NCBI GenBank assembly: GCA_040768745.1
Contig: JAXGMI010000001.1
Coordinates: 96,001 to 160,000, forward strand
Reading direction: 5' to 3'
Length of the DNA: 64,000 bases
From: Desulfomicrobium sp.
GTDB taxonomy: Bacteria > Desulfobacterota > Desulfovibrionia > Desulfovibrionales > Desulfomicrobiaceae
Shown here one piece after another: positions 27,893 through 37,330 of this stretch. The notes below the pieces were generated by a model. That model was given only the letters and a program-made list of their open reading frames with translations, had not been told where the DNA came from and did not search any database. Both the position numbers and the translations under genes were made by a program. Numbering within the stretch: position 1 is the stretch's first letter; each line of letters starts with the position of its first letter.

Positions 27893-29083
27893 ATGACACC
27901 ATCGCTCTGGACTGTCCTTTTGGCTGCAGGACACGGCTCGCGTCTGGCCCGGGCCACGGGAAACACCCGCAAACAATTCCTGCATTTCAAGGAAGCCCCG
28001 CTCTATTGGCAAAGCGTACTGACCATGGCCGCGGTTCCGAACCTTTCGGGCATTGTGGTCGTCTTCCCCGGCGAGGAGCTGACAGATCGGACTCGAGAAC
28101 TGGAGTCCCTCAAGAGGCGAAGTCTCCTGGGCCTGCGCATCGTGTCCGTGGCGGGCGGTTTGCGGCGCCAAGATTCAGTCCGCCAGGGGCTGGCCTCTCT
28201 GCCCGCAGACTGCGACCATGTCCTAGTGCACGACTGCGCCAGACCCTTTTTCTCCGCGGGACTGGTGCGCAATCTTCAGGATGGCCTCAGCCATGAGGTG
28301 CAGGGGGTCGTCCCCGCCATCCCGGTCACGGACACCATCAAGGAATGCCAGGGGGATGTGGTCCGCACAACTCTGGACCGCTCCCGACTGGCTGCGGTGC
28401 AGACGCCCCAACTCTTCCCCGCCCGCCTGCTGCGGCAGGTTCACGACCAGGCCCTGCGCGAAGATTGGCAGGTCACCGACGACGCCAGCATGATCGAGCG
28501 TGCCGGATTCCTGGTCCGCATCGTTCCCGGAGAGAGGGACAACATCAAAATCACCACCCCGGAGGACCTGCGCGTGCTCGCCACCCCATCGATTCCGCCC
28601 GTGCCCTGCACGGGACTTGGCTACGACGTCCATGCCTACGGCGGTAACCGGCCCCTGGTCCTGGGCGGCATACCCATCGCCGGAGCGCCCAACGTCAAGG
28701 CCCATTCCGACGGCGATGTGCTCCTGCATGCCCTGTGTGACGCCATCCTGAGCTGCCTGGGTGCGGGAGACATTGGCGATCATTTTCCGGACACCGAGGA
28801 CCGCTTCGAAAACATCGCTTCTGGCATTCTCCTGTCCGAAGTCATGGACCTGGCCCGAGCATCGGCACTTGTCGTCCATCACGTTGACCTGACCATCATC
28901 GCCCAGACGCCCCGCCTGTCCCCGCACAAGGCCGCCATCCGCTCCAACGTGGCCCGGCTCATGGAAATTGAAGACCGGCAGGTCAACGTCAAGGCCACGA
29001 CTGAGGAACATCTCGGATTCACCGGCCGCAGGGAAGGAATCAAGGCCGTGGCCGTGGTCACTGCCGCGAGGGTGCAGGGATGA
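27893..29083 (+). CDS. ispDF: Bifunctional IspD/IspF
   Basis: LAAGHGSR, VQTPQ; GYDVH, HSDGDV, VKATTEE. Confidence 0.93.
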   Translation: MTPSLWTVLLAAGHGSRLARATGNTRKQFLHFKEAPLYWQSVLTMAAVPNLSGIVVVFPGEELTDRTRELESLKRRSLLGLRIVSVAGGLRRQDSVRQGLASLPADCDHVLVHDCARPFFSAGLVRNLQDGLSHEVQGVVPAIPVTDTIKECQGDVVRTTLDRSRLAAVQTPQLFPARLLRQVHDQALREDWQVTDDASMIERAGFLVRIVPGERDNIKITTPEDLRVLATPSIPPVPCTGLGYDVHAYGGNRPLVLGGIPIAGAPNVKAHSDGDVLLHALCDAILSCLGAGDIGDHFPDTEDRFENIASGILLSEVMDLARASALVVHHVDLTIIAQTPRLSPHKAAIRSNVARLMEIEDRQVNVKATTEEHLGFTGRREGIKAVAVVTAARVQG

Positions 29084-30540
29084 TCAACTTCAGGACCGGC
29101 GGTCCATGGATCACCCGCTTCGCCCCCAGCCCCACGGGCGTCCTGCACCTGGGGAATGCGCGCACGGCCGCTCTCAATTTTCTGCTGGCCCGGCAAAGCG
29201 GCGGCAAATTCCTCCTCCGCCTGGAAGACACGGATCAGGAGCGTTCCACTTTCGCCTCAGAGGCGGCCATCCTGTGGTCCCTGGCCTGGATGGGACTGAC
29301 CCCGGACGAACCGGTCCGACGCCAGAGCCTGGGCCTGCAGCGTTATGCCGGGGCCGTGCGAATCCTGGTGGAACACAATCTGGCCTATCCCTGCTTCTGC
29401 ACCGAAACGGAACTGCAGCAGGAACGCGAGGCTGCCGCACAGGCTGGCCTGCCCCCCCGCTACAGCGGGCGATGCGCCGCCCTTTCCCCGGACGAGTGCG
29501 CCGCACGCCTGGCCCGCGGCGATACCCACTCCATCCGCTTTCGCAACACCCGCCAGACAGACATTCATTTTACAGACCTGATCAAGGGCCAGATCACCGT
29601 CCCGGCCACCGCCTTCGGAGACTTCGTGTTGCTCCGCTCCAGCGGCTGGCCCAGTTACAACCTGGCCGTGGTTGTGGACGACATAGACATGGGCGTCAAC
29701 CTGGTCCTGCGCGGTGAGGACCACCTGACCAACACGGCCCGCCAGATCCTCTTGTACTCGGCCTTCGAGAGCCCCCCCCCTGTTTTCGCCCACCACGGTC
29801 TGCTGGTGGATTCCGAGGGCAAAAAGCTGTCCAAGCGCAGCGGGGCCCTGAGCATCCCCGAATGCATGGACACGGGTCTGGAGCCTTTGGCCCTGGTGCA
29901 GTACCTGGCCTCCCTGTCCGGGGCCCTGCCGACGAAACATCTTTTCACCTCCCTGGAGGACATGGCCCGATCCTTCAACCCCTTCGCCCTGGGGCGGGGC
30001 AACGCGATCATGAACTTCGAGGAACTCCACAATCTCAGTGCCCGATACTTCCGCGCGACCGCCCCCCGCACCCTCGTCAGCGCCGTGAGCGGCACCCTGC
30101 CCCCCACGGACCCTTGGCACGATCTTGAGGATGAAATCCGCTGCGACCTGGTGTCCAATCTGCGCGACAATGCGACCACACTGCGGGAATTGTGCAACCT
30201 GCTGCCGCATTTCACAACCGATCGAACCTGCTACACCCCGGCATCCCTGACTGAGATCATCGCCAACACCGCGGTTCTTTCCGCCCTGAACCAGGCCTTG
30301 GACGAACACGATCCCGCATCCCGTCTGGACAAATCCATGGTCACCACCGTGCTGCACAGGACCAGCGAGCAGACGGGATCCAGGGGGCGCGCCCTCTACC
30401 ACCCTATCCGGCTGGCCTTGACTGGCCAGGAGTCCGGCCCGGAACTGCTCTCCCTGCTGTCCCTGATGCCGGTCGGACGCATCAAGCAAAGGGTGCGTGA
30501 AATTGTCACCATTCTGTCCCATTGCAATCACAAGGAATAA
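29080..30540 (+). CDS. gltX: Glutamate--tRNA ligase
   Basis: RFAPSPTGVLHLGN, RLEDTD, RGEDH, KLSKR; anticodon-binding domain present. Confidence 0.88.
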   Translation: MINFRTGGPWITRFAPSPTGVLHLGNARTAALNFLLARQSGGKFLLRLEDTDQERSTFASEAAILWSLAWMGLTPDEPVRRQSLGLQRYAGAVRILVEHNLAYPCFCTETELQQEREAAAQAGLPPRYSGRCAALSPDECAARLARGDTHSIRFRNTRQTDIHFTDLIKGQITVPATAFGDFVLLRSSGWPSYNLAVVVDDIDMGVNLVLRGEDHLTNTARQILLYSAFESPPPVFAHHGLLVDSEGKKLSKRSGALSIPECMDTGLEPLALVQYLASLSGALPTKHLFTSLEDMARSFNPFALGRGNAIMNFEELHNLSARYFRATAPRTLVSAVSGTLPPTDPWHDLEDEIRCDLVSNLRDNATTLRELCNLLPHFTTDRTCYTPASLTEIIANTAVLSALNQALDEHDPASRLDKSMVTTVLHRTSEQTGSRGRALYHPIRLALTGQESGPELLSLLSLMPVGRIKQRVREIVTILSHCNHKE

Positions 30541-30542
30541 GC

Positions 30543-32000
30543 ATGCAGATTTTCAACAGCCTCTCCAGGAAAAAGGAAGAGTTCGTTCCCCGGACGCCGG
30601 GCAAGGTCTCCCTGTACGTCTGCGGTATCACCGCCTACGACTACTGTCACATCGGACACGCCCGCTCGGCAGTGGTCTTCGACGTTCTGGTCCGCTACTT
30701 GCGTTATCAGGGCATGCAGGTCACCTTTGTCCGCAACTTCACTGACGTGGACGACAAGATCATCAACCGCGCCCACCGCGAGGGTTCGAGCTCCGAATCC
30801 ATTGCCCGTACCTATATCGACGCCTTCTACGAGGACATGGACCGCTTGGGCATACTGCGGGCCGATATCGAACCCAAGGCCACGGAGCATATCGAGGACA
30901 TGATCGCCCTGTGCGAAAACCTCATCGCCAGGGGGCATGCCTACGCCACTCCCGGCGGGGATGTCTATTTCCGGGTCCGCTCCTACGCGAAGTACGGCCA
31001 GCTCTCGGGACGCAACATCGAGGAGCTCATGTCCGGCGCCCGCATCGAACCTGGGGAGGAGAAAGAGGACCCCCTTGACTTTGCCCTGTGGAAAGGGGCC
31101 AAGCCAGGCGAGCCATCCTGGGCCAGCCCCTGGGGGCACGGTCGTCCGGGCTGGCACATCGAGTGTTCAGCCATGAGCGAGCGCTACCTGCCTCTGCCCT
31201 TCGACATCCACGGCGGTGGCCAGGACCTGGCCTTTCCGCACCACGAAAACGAACGGGCCCAGACCGAGGCGGCCACGGACCAGGAGTTCGTGCGCTACTG
31301 GGTGCACAACGGGTTCGTGCAGATCAACTCGGAGAAAATGTCCAAATCCCTGAATAATTTTGTAACCATCCGCGACATCCTGGCCAACTATCTGCCCGAG
31401 GTGCTGCGCTTCTTCCTCATCACCAAGCACTACCGCAGCCCCCTGGACTACACTGTTGACGCCCTGGAGGAAACCGAGCGCGCCTTGAAGCGCATCTACC
31501 TGACCAAGGCTGCGGCCGAGGCGCACGTCAGCGGGGCCACATGGAACTCCACCGCGCTCCCGGCCGAGGTCGTGGCCGAGGCTGCATCCCTGGAAGCCAA
31601 ATGGGACGAGGCCATGGCTGACGACATGAACACGGCCGCTGCCCTGGGCCATGTCTTCGGGCTGATGAAGATCGTCAACCGTATCCTTGACGACAAGACC
31701 TTCAAGAAATCCGATGCCGGTCGAGACCTGATCAGCCGCGCCCTGCACCTCCTGGATCGCTGGGGCAGGGTCCTGGGACTTTTCCAGATGGACAGCGCAG
31801 AGTTCCTTGCCCGGTTGAAGGAAAGCCGGATCAAACGCCGCACCATCGACACCGCCATGGTCGAAACAAAACTGGCAGAACGTCTGGAGGCGAGGGTTAG
31901 CAAGGATTTTGCGCGCTCCGACGCCATCCGCCAGGAACTCCTGGCCCTGGGAGTGACCATCCAGGACACACCCTCGGGCTCCCAGTGGGACGTGGAATAG
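30543..32000 (+). CDS. cysS: Cysteine--tRNA ligase
   Basis: [29 protein letters not shown]. Confidence 0.96.
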   Translation: MQIFNSLSRKKEEFVPRTPGKVSLYVCGITAYDYCHIGHARSAVVFDVLVRYLRYQGMQVTFVRNFTDVDDKIINRAHREGSSSESIARTYIDAFYEDMDRLGILRADIEPKATEHIEDMIALCENLIARGHAYATPGGDVYFRVRSYAKYGQLSGRNIEELMSGARIEPGEEKEDPLDFALWKGAKPGEPSWASPWGHGRPGWHIECSAMSERYLPLPFDIHGGGQDLAFPHHENERAQTEAATDQEFVRYWVHNGFVQINSEKMSKSLNNFVTIRDILANYLPEVLRFFLITKHYRSPLDYTVDALEETERALKRIYLTKAAAEAHVSGATWNSTALPAEVVAEAASLEAKWDEAMADDMNTAAALGHVFGLMKIVNRILDDKTFKKSDAGRDLISRALHLLDRWGRVLGLFQMDSAEFLARLKESRIKRRTIDTAMVETKLAERLEARVSKDFARSDAIRQELLALGVTIQDTPSGSQWDVE

Positions 32001-32168
32001 AAAGGCCGCTCCTGCGGCCTTTCTCATGTTCCACTTGAAGTTCCTGACCTTGCACCCGGATTTCCCTTGCGGCTCCGCGCCCTGTGCCCGGGCCTGAATC
32101 CGGAAGCCTCGGGACAGAGCTTCTGACGGATCCACGTCCAGATCAATCGCATTGACAACCGTTGCACC

Positions 32169-34220
32169 TCATTCAAAAAGGCGGCGCAAGCCCTCAATCC
32201 CTCTGTCCAGTCCCGACCCGACACCCTTCAGGACATCCTGCACGACCCGACCTCCGCGGGCCTTCAAGGCCCGAACCAGGCCTCCGAAATCCACATTCAC
32301 CGATGGCTGGCCGATGGTTCCGGTCACACGGACCGGCAGGCTGTTCAGGCCCGGCAAACCTTCCTCGAATTTGCCCTCGCTTCCTTCCAGGGTCAGAATC
32401 CCCTTGTAATCCAGGGACTCGCTGACCAAGTCAGCCTGCCCGCTGGCAGTGATCCGGAAGCGCTCGGCCAGGAAAAGAAAATCCCTGGTGGTTTCAACCC
32501 CGTTGACAATGCTGGCGCTTCCCGAGGCCACGGAAAAGCGGGTCAGATCCGGCTCGTCCGGACCGGGCTGCTGTTTTTTCACAACACGGATTGCGTCCCG
32601 CAACAGCTCGGCCATGTTGACCCCGTGCACAGCGCCGTTGACCACCTTGAAGTCGAGTTTTCCGTTCAGGCTTCTTTTCAGGGCCATCGCGTCCACTCCC
32701 CGGGACCTGAGGGTGGCGGAGGTTTGGACGGCTCCGCTGACAAGGTCGCGTCCGTGCAGGTCCCGCAAAAACGGTCCAAGCTGCACGCCGGTCACGAAAT
32801 GGGTCCACGACCATTCAGGCGTTTCTGAACGGACGTCCAGGACGGCCCCTGCCTCCAGCCGCCCGGCATAGGCCTTTGCGTCGATCCGGTCCAAATGCAT
32901 GAGACCGTCCTTGGCCCGGACCGTGACCTGTGCATCCTCCACGCGGCAATGGGCCATGGTCAGGACGCCCACGCGCAACGTTCCGTTAACGTCCAGTTCG
33001 CGCATTGTGCTCCACGGATCAGCCTTTCCACCGGATTTGGACCCATGGCTGCCTTTCGTGTCGACGCCCTTCCGGGGGCGATACCGATCCAGGTCCATGG
33101 AGTCGGCGTGAAGGTCAAAATTGAAGGCCGGATCACGCAGACCCGCGGCCGTGAGGCGCCCTTCAACGGTCGCATTGTCCACGCTCAGAACCAGGCGGGA
33201 AATATCCACCCTGTCCTTGCTCCCGGTCCACGCGCAGGACAAGGCCATCCGTTCCAGGGCCGAGGGGTCGGCCGGAGCGGGCACCCCCATGCCGAGCCGC
33301 TGCAGAACATTCTTCGGCTGAAACGGGGCTATGTCCAGACTTCCGGCCGTCGTCCAGTTGCCCGCATCCTGCATCCTGGCCCGCACATCAAGACCCAGAC
33401 CCTGCATGCGGGCGTTGTCGAGACGTCCGTCGGTGGAGACGAGATCGGCCGTGATGGTGACTGTTTCGGGACCATGGGGCAGCTTGGCCCCTTGCAGGCC
33501 CGCCTTCATGTCCAGCCCCTCCAGGGTCAGACGATCCAGGGTCAGGGTTGCCGTGGTTGCGAAATTCAGGTTCGCTGTGACGTCAGCAACTGTTGCCAGG
33601 GCGCTGCTATCCACGGCAAATGGCTCGCCAAAGGCAAAATCAGACACGTTCAGCTGAATTCCGCTGACGTCCACTGCCTGTCCCTTTTTCCGATCCCTCC
33701 AGACAACGCGTGCGTCGGAAACACGGAAGCCATCCACGATGAGCGAGGCCAGACGCGGGACCCGTTTGTCCCTGGACAGCACCGATCCGGCATCTCCGCG
33801 ATCTCCGGCCCCGGTGTGGTGTTCCGGCGCAGCACCCAGATCGGACCAGTTGTTGTGGCCATGCTCATCCCTGGTCAGATGCAGGCTCAACCCCTCCACA
33901 TCCATGGCCACGACCTCCAGGCGGGAGAAAAAGAGAGGCAGCAGGCGGGCTTTCAAATGGGCATTGGTCAGGATCAGAAAAGGGCCCTCAAAACCCGGCG
34001 CGTTGCCCAGTTCCAACGACCCGGTGGTCAAGGCCAGATAGGGGTAAAGCTCAAGCTCCAGTTCCCCGGCGATGGTCAGCTCCCGGCCCGTGTTCTCCCG
34101 CACGGCCGCAATGATCTGCGGCTTGAAGGCGTTGGGATCGACGATGAGCAGAAGCCCTCCGAGAACGAGCCCAACAACCACCACCAACCCCAGAATTCCC
34201 CGGAAAATCCAGATTTTCAT
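32169..34220 (-). CDS. AsmA family protein
   Basis: N-terminal TM then DPNAFKPQI...TGRELTIAG; C-terminal LPVRVTGT. Confidence 0.88.
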   Translation of the reverse strand: MKIWIFRGILGLVVVVGLVLGGLLLIVDPNAFKPQIIAAVRENTGRELTIAGELELELYPYLALTTGSLELGNAPGFEGPFLILTNAHLKARLLPLFFSRLEVVAMDVEGLSLHLTRDEHGHNNWSDLGAAPEHHTGAGDRGDAGSVLSRDKRVPRLASLIVDGFRVSDARVVWRDRKKGQAVDVSGIQLNVSDFAFGEPFAVDSSALATVADVTANLNFATTATLTLDRLTLEGLDMKAGLQGAKLPHGPETVTITADLVSTDGRLDNARMQGLGLDVRARMQDAGNWTTAGSLDIAPFQPKNVLQRLGMGVPAPADPSALERMALSCAWTGSKDRVDISRLVLSVDNATVEGRLTAAGLRDPAFNFDLHADSMDLDRYRPRKGVDTKGSHGSKSGGKADPWSTMRELDVNGTLRVGVLTMAHCRVEDAQVTVRAKDGLMHLDRIDAKAYAGRLEAGAVLDVRSETPEWSWTHFVTGVQLGPFLRDLHGRDLVSGAVQTSATLRSRGVDAMALKRSLNGKLDFKVVNGAVHGVNMAELLRDAIRVVKKQQPGPDEPDLTRFSVASGSASIVNGVETTRDFLFLAERFRITASGQADLVSESLDYKGILTLEGSEGKFEEGLPGLNSLPVRVTGTIGQPSVNVDFGGLVRALKARGGRVVQDVLKGVGSGLDRGIEGLRRLFE

Positions 34221-34388
34221 TCCATGCTCCCGTTTTGATACTCATCCCTGCCCAGCATGCGGGTTCACTTCAGGACCGATCCCGCATGGTCCCCCCGGCA
34301 CCGGAGAAAACCCTGTGTGCGCACTCTGGCCGGGAATTCGAGACGAATCCCTGCAGCGTTCCGCAGGCCAGACCAAACCCTGGGGTGG

Positions 34389-35675
34389 TCATGCCGGCCG
34401 GACTGGCCTGGCATGAAAACGACAGGTCGTGTCCTGATACAGAACCGCGCTGCTGCTCAGATCCACAAACCACGCAGAACAAAAGCTGCGCCGGTCCGCT
34501 GTCCAGAGCCACAGATGCCGGTCAGGGAAAGGCCAGGGACAGCATCCGTCCGGCCCCTGGGCAGGGCGCAGGAGGGACACCAGCTCGTCCACCGTTGGCA
34601 GGCGCCACTCCTTGCCGGACTCGGCGACAAAAGCCCGGGCCTCGTCCCAGGTCATGGGCCAGGGTGAGACGTGACCCCAAACCAGACCGGTACAAACATC
34701 CAATTCGCCGTCCTCAACCTCTTTGAGCCCGCCCTGATGAAACGCCAATGGCCGATTCAGCCCATCCAGAAAGGGAAAAGGCCGGGGGAACACGCCCGTC
34801 CGCAATGGCCTCGAGCGGAGTTGTCCCAAAACCGTGCATGCCGGCTCTGGCAGCATGCAGTCGGCATCAGATCTCGAACGCAGGTCCTCCTCCAGCAGGT
34901 CAAGAAAGTCGCGCATGATCCGTGCGTCAGCAAAACGATCCTCCGGATCTTCGGCCAGGGCTTGGCGGAAAAATTCGATCCATGGTGGGGTGAAAAGAGG
35001 TGCAGCCACAGGACCACCATCCGGAAGCATCCCTGTCAGCAGACGGTGCAGCAGGACTCCAGCGCTGTACAAGTCCGCGGCCGGCCCGGCTCTCCCAGGA
35101 TCGTCCTCCTGCTCCGGGGCGCAGTAATAGGGCGATCCGACCTTGAGCCCGCGGGACCTGATTCCGGTTTCACCTCGCATGCGGGAAAGACCCAGATCAA
35201 TGACCTTGATCACTCCATCGCTGGCGAGCAGCAGGTTGGCGGGCTTGACATCCCGGTGCACGACCCCTGCGCGATGCAGGAAGCCCAGGCCCGCCAGAGT
35301 CTGACGGACCACGTCCAGGGCCAGAAGCGGGGACATGGCCCGGGTCGGGGCCTCGGCCACCATGCCTTCCCCGATGAGAGCGCCCACGTTCATGCACATG
35401 TATTCGAGGACCATGAAAAACCTGCCCTGGTCCTGGTCCAGGTCCCAGACCGTGGCCAGGTTGCGGTGGTCGCAGGCCGCCATGAGCCTGGCCTCGCGAA
35501 GGAACGCTGCCTGTACGGCCTCAGCCCCCATGATCTGAACCAGCAGGTCGTTGGGTTGCAAGAGCTTTAGGGCCATGATCCGGCCGAGTTCCCTGTGCCG
35601 GACCTTGTACACCGTTCCCATTCCGCCCTGGCCCAGGCGGCCGAGCACCGTATACCGACCGATGTTCCTGCTCAC
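34389..35675 (-). CDS. Hanks-type Ser/Thr kinase with C-terminal DUF1566 (Lcl-C) domain
   Basis: LGQGGMGTVY, ALK, HRDVKPAN, DLG, APE; TGLVW...WRLPTVDEL...WLWT. Confidence 0.88.
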   Translation of the reverse strand: MSRNIGRYTVLGRLGQGGMGTVYKVRHRELGRIMALKLLQPNDLLVQIMGAEAVQAAFLREARLMAACDHRNLATVWDLDQDQGRFFMVLEYMCMNVGALIGEGMVAEAPTRAMSPLLALDVVRQTLAGLGFLHRAGVVHRDVKPANLLLASDGVIKVIDLGLSRMRGETGIRSRGLKVGSPYYCAPEQEDDPGRAGPAADLYSAGVLLHRLLTGMLPDGGPVAAPLFTPPWIEFFRQALAEDPEDRFADARIMRDFLDLLEEDLRSRSDADCMLPEPACTVLGQLRSRPLRTGVFPRPFPFLDGLNRPLAFHQGGLKEVEDGELDVCTGLVWGHVSPWPMTWDEARAFVAESGKEWRLPTVDELVSLLRPAQGPDGCCPWPFPDRHLWLWTADRRSFCSAWFVDLSSSAVLYQDTTCRFHARPVRPA

Positions 35676-36391
35676 CACAGCCTCGCTGCATAAAATGGCG
35701 GAAACCCGCGCCGCAGGATCTTCTCCGCTGTGCCTGCGATGTCGTAGGGCACAAACCGCACCTCGATGGTGTTCTCCGACGTATCCCATAGAACATATTT
35801 GGCATGGTTATCGCCGTCCCGGGGCTGGCCGACGCTGCCGGCGTTGACGATGGACCATCCCTGGAGAAGCTGCAGAACTGCCCGGCCCAGGGTTCTGCGA
35901 CGCAGCTCTGCTCCATCCCAATGCGCCAGGCCAAGCTCGTGGGTATGGCCCACAAAGGTCAGTCTCTCCCCCTGGGCAAACCAAAATACAAGGCCCTGGT
36001 CGTCCACCTGGAACAGGTAGGTGGTCACGCTGTCCGGCGGAAAGCCGTGCACGAATCGTGCACCCTCCACGACAACAGACCTGGGCAGATTTGCAATGTA
36101 GTCCAGACTTTGAGGAGAGAGCAGGGCTTCGGTCAGGATCAGGCCTTTGCGGGCCGTGGCATTGAACCAGGCCCGTTCGCTTTTGGACACGATGCCCAGC
36201 TCATGGTTGCCCATGCAGCACAACACGTCCCTTTCACGCATGGCCTGCAAGACCTCCTCCGGATTGGGACCATACCCGACCATGTCTCCCAGGCTGACGA
36301 TCCGGGCCACGGGAAAGGTGGCCATATCCGCCCAGACGGCCTCCAGGGCCTCGAGATTTCCATGAATATCCGACAAGACGGCGATCTGCAT
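35672..36391 (-). CDS. Calcineurin-like metallophosphoesterase
   Basis: SDIHGN, LGDMVGYG, GNHE, GHTH, NAGSVGQPRD. Confidence 0.92.
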   Translation of the reverse strand: MQIAVLSDIHGNLEALEAVWADMATFPVARIVSLGDMVGYGPNPEEVLQAMRERDVLCCMGNHELGIVSKSERAWFNATARKGLILTEALLSPQSLDYIANLPRSVVVEGARFVHGFPPDSVTTYLFQVDDQGLVFWFAQGERLTFVGHTHELGLAHWDGAELRRRTLGRAVLQLLQGWSIVNAGSVGQPRDGDNHAKYVLWDTSENTIEVRFVPYDIAGTAEKILRRGFPPFYAARLW

Positions 36392-36522
36392 GCGTGCTCC
36401 GTTCCTGGCAGAGAAAAGGTCTTTGCTTTTTTGCGCACCGATGCTAAGCGAAAGCTCAACAAAATTTTTTTAGCCAGATAATGATTCAGTATTTCGGAAT
36501 GATACACACTGAAGGATCGCTT

Positions 36523-37086
36523 ATGCGCCGCAAGTATTTCTTCATCTTCTTCTTTATCTTTTTTCTCTCCACCCCTGTCTCGGGCGGACAGATCGGCGAA
36601 GTGACATTTCCCGACAGGCTCCTCCATGGACAATCAAACCTGACACTGAACGGCCTGGGCATGCGGACCTTCGCTTTTTTTGACGTGTATGCCGCCGGCC
36701 TGTATCTGGCCACCCCTTCCAAGGACGCCCAAGCAGTCCTCCGTGCTGACACCCCCCGCATCATGACCATGCACTTTTTGCGCGGCGTGCAGGCCAAGCA
36801 AATCGCCCAGGCCTGGCAGGAGGGGCTGGATACGAACACTCCTTCAGCTGAGGCCTCCCTCAAGGATCGGTTTGCCCAACTGGCAACGATGATGGAGCCC
36901 ATGGACAAGGGCGATACGCTCGATTGCGTGTATGAACCCGGGGCCGGTACGACGATCCGGGTCAAAGGCGTGGTCAAAGGCATCATCCCGGGCAAGGATT
37001 TCAGCGACGCCCTGCTGGCCTGCTGGATCGGCCCCAAGCCTGGCCCAGGTGAAAAGTTCCGAGCCGGCATTCTCGGCCAGCCCTGA
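36523..37086 (+). CDS. Chalcone isomerase-like exported protein
   Basis: Signal peptide; LNGLGMR...DVYAAGLYL. Confidence 0.85.
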   Translation: MRRKYFFIFFFIFFLSTPVSGGQIGEVTFPDRLLHGQSNLTLNGLGMRTFAFFDVYAAGLYLATPSKDAQAVLRADTPRIMTMHFLRGVQAKQIAQAWQEGLDTNTPSAEASLKDRFAQLATMMEPMDKGDTLDCVYEPGAGTTIRVKGVVKGIIPGKDFSDALLACWIGPKPGPGEKFRAGILGQP

Positions 37087-37105
37087 CCACCGCACCCCGG
37101 AACTC

Positions 37106-37330
37106 CTATTTTTTGGCGGGAAACAGGCCCCTCAGCCCTTCCCAGGCGTAGCGCGCCCCCCGGACCATGAACAGACCCAGGACCGTGAGCAGCGCCGCGT
37201 TGGTCTTGGCGGCCTGCACCATGGAGTCCTTGAAATATTCCCTGGCCTGCTGGTAGTCACGTTCCGCCTGGCTGACCAAGGGGTCCTGCGGCTGATCTGT
37301 CGGGACCAGGGTATCTTTCTTTTCTTCCAT
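37106..37330 (-). CDS. Small hypothetical protein
   Basis: RBS AGGAG; fills the gap after the transglutaminase gene. Confidence 0.55.
   Translation of the reverse strand: MEEKKDTLVPTDQPQDPLVSQAERDYQQAREYFKDSMVQAAKTNAALLTVLGLFMVRGARYAWEGLRGLFPAKK

Noticed and set aside
34389..34760. Diversity-generating retroelement targeting the DUF1566 domain
   Set aside because: No reverse transcriptase or template repeat seen in the window.
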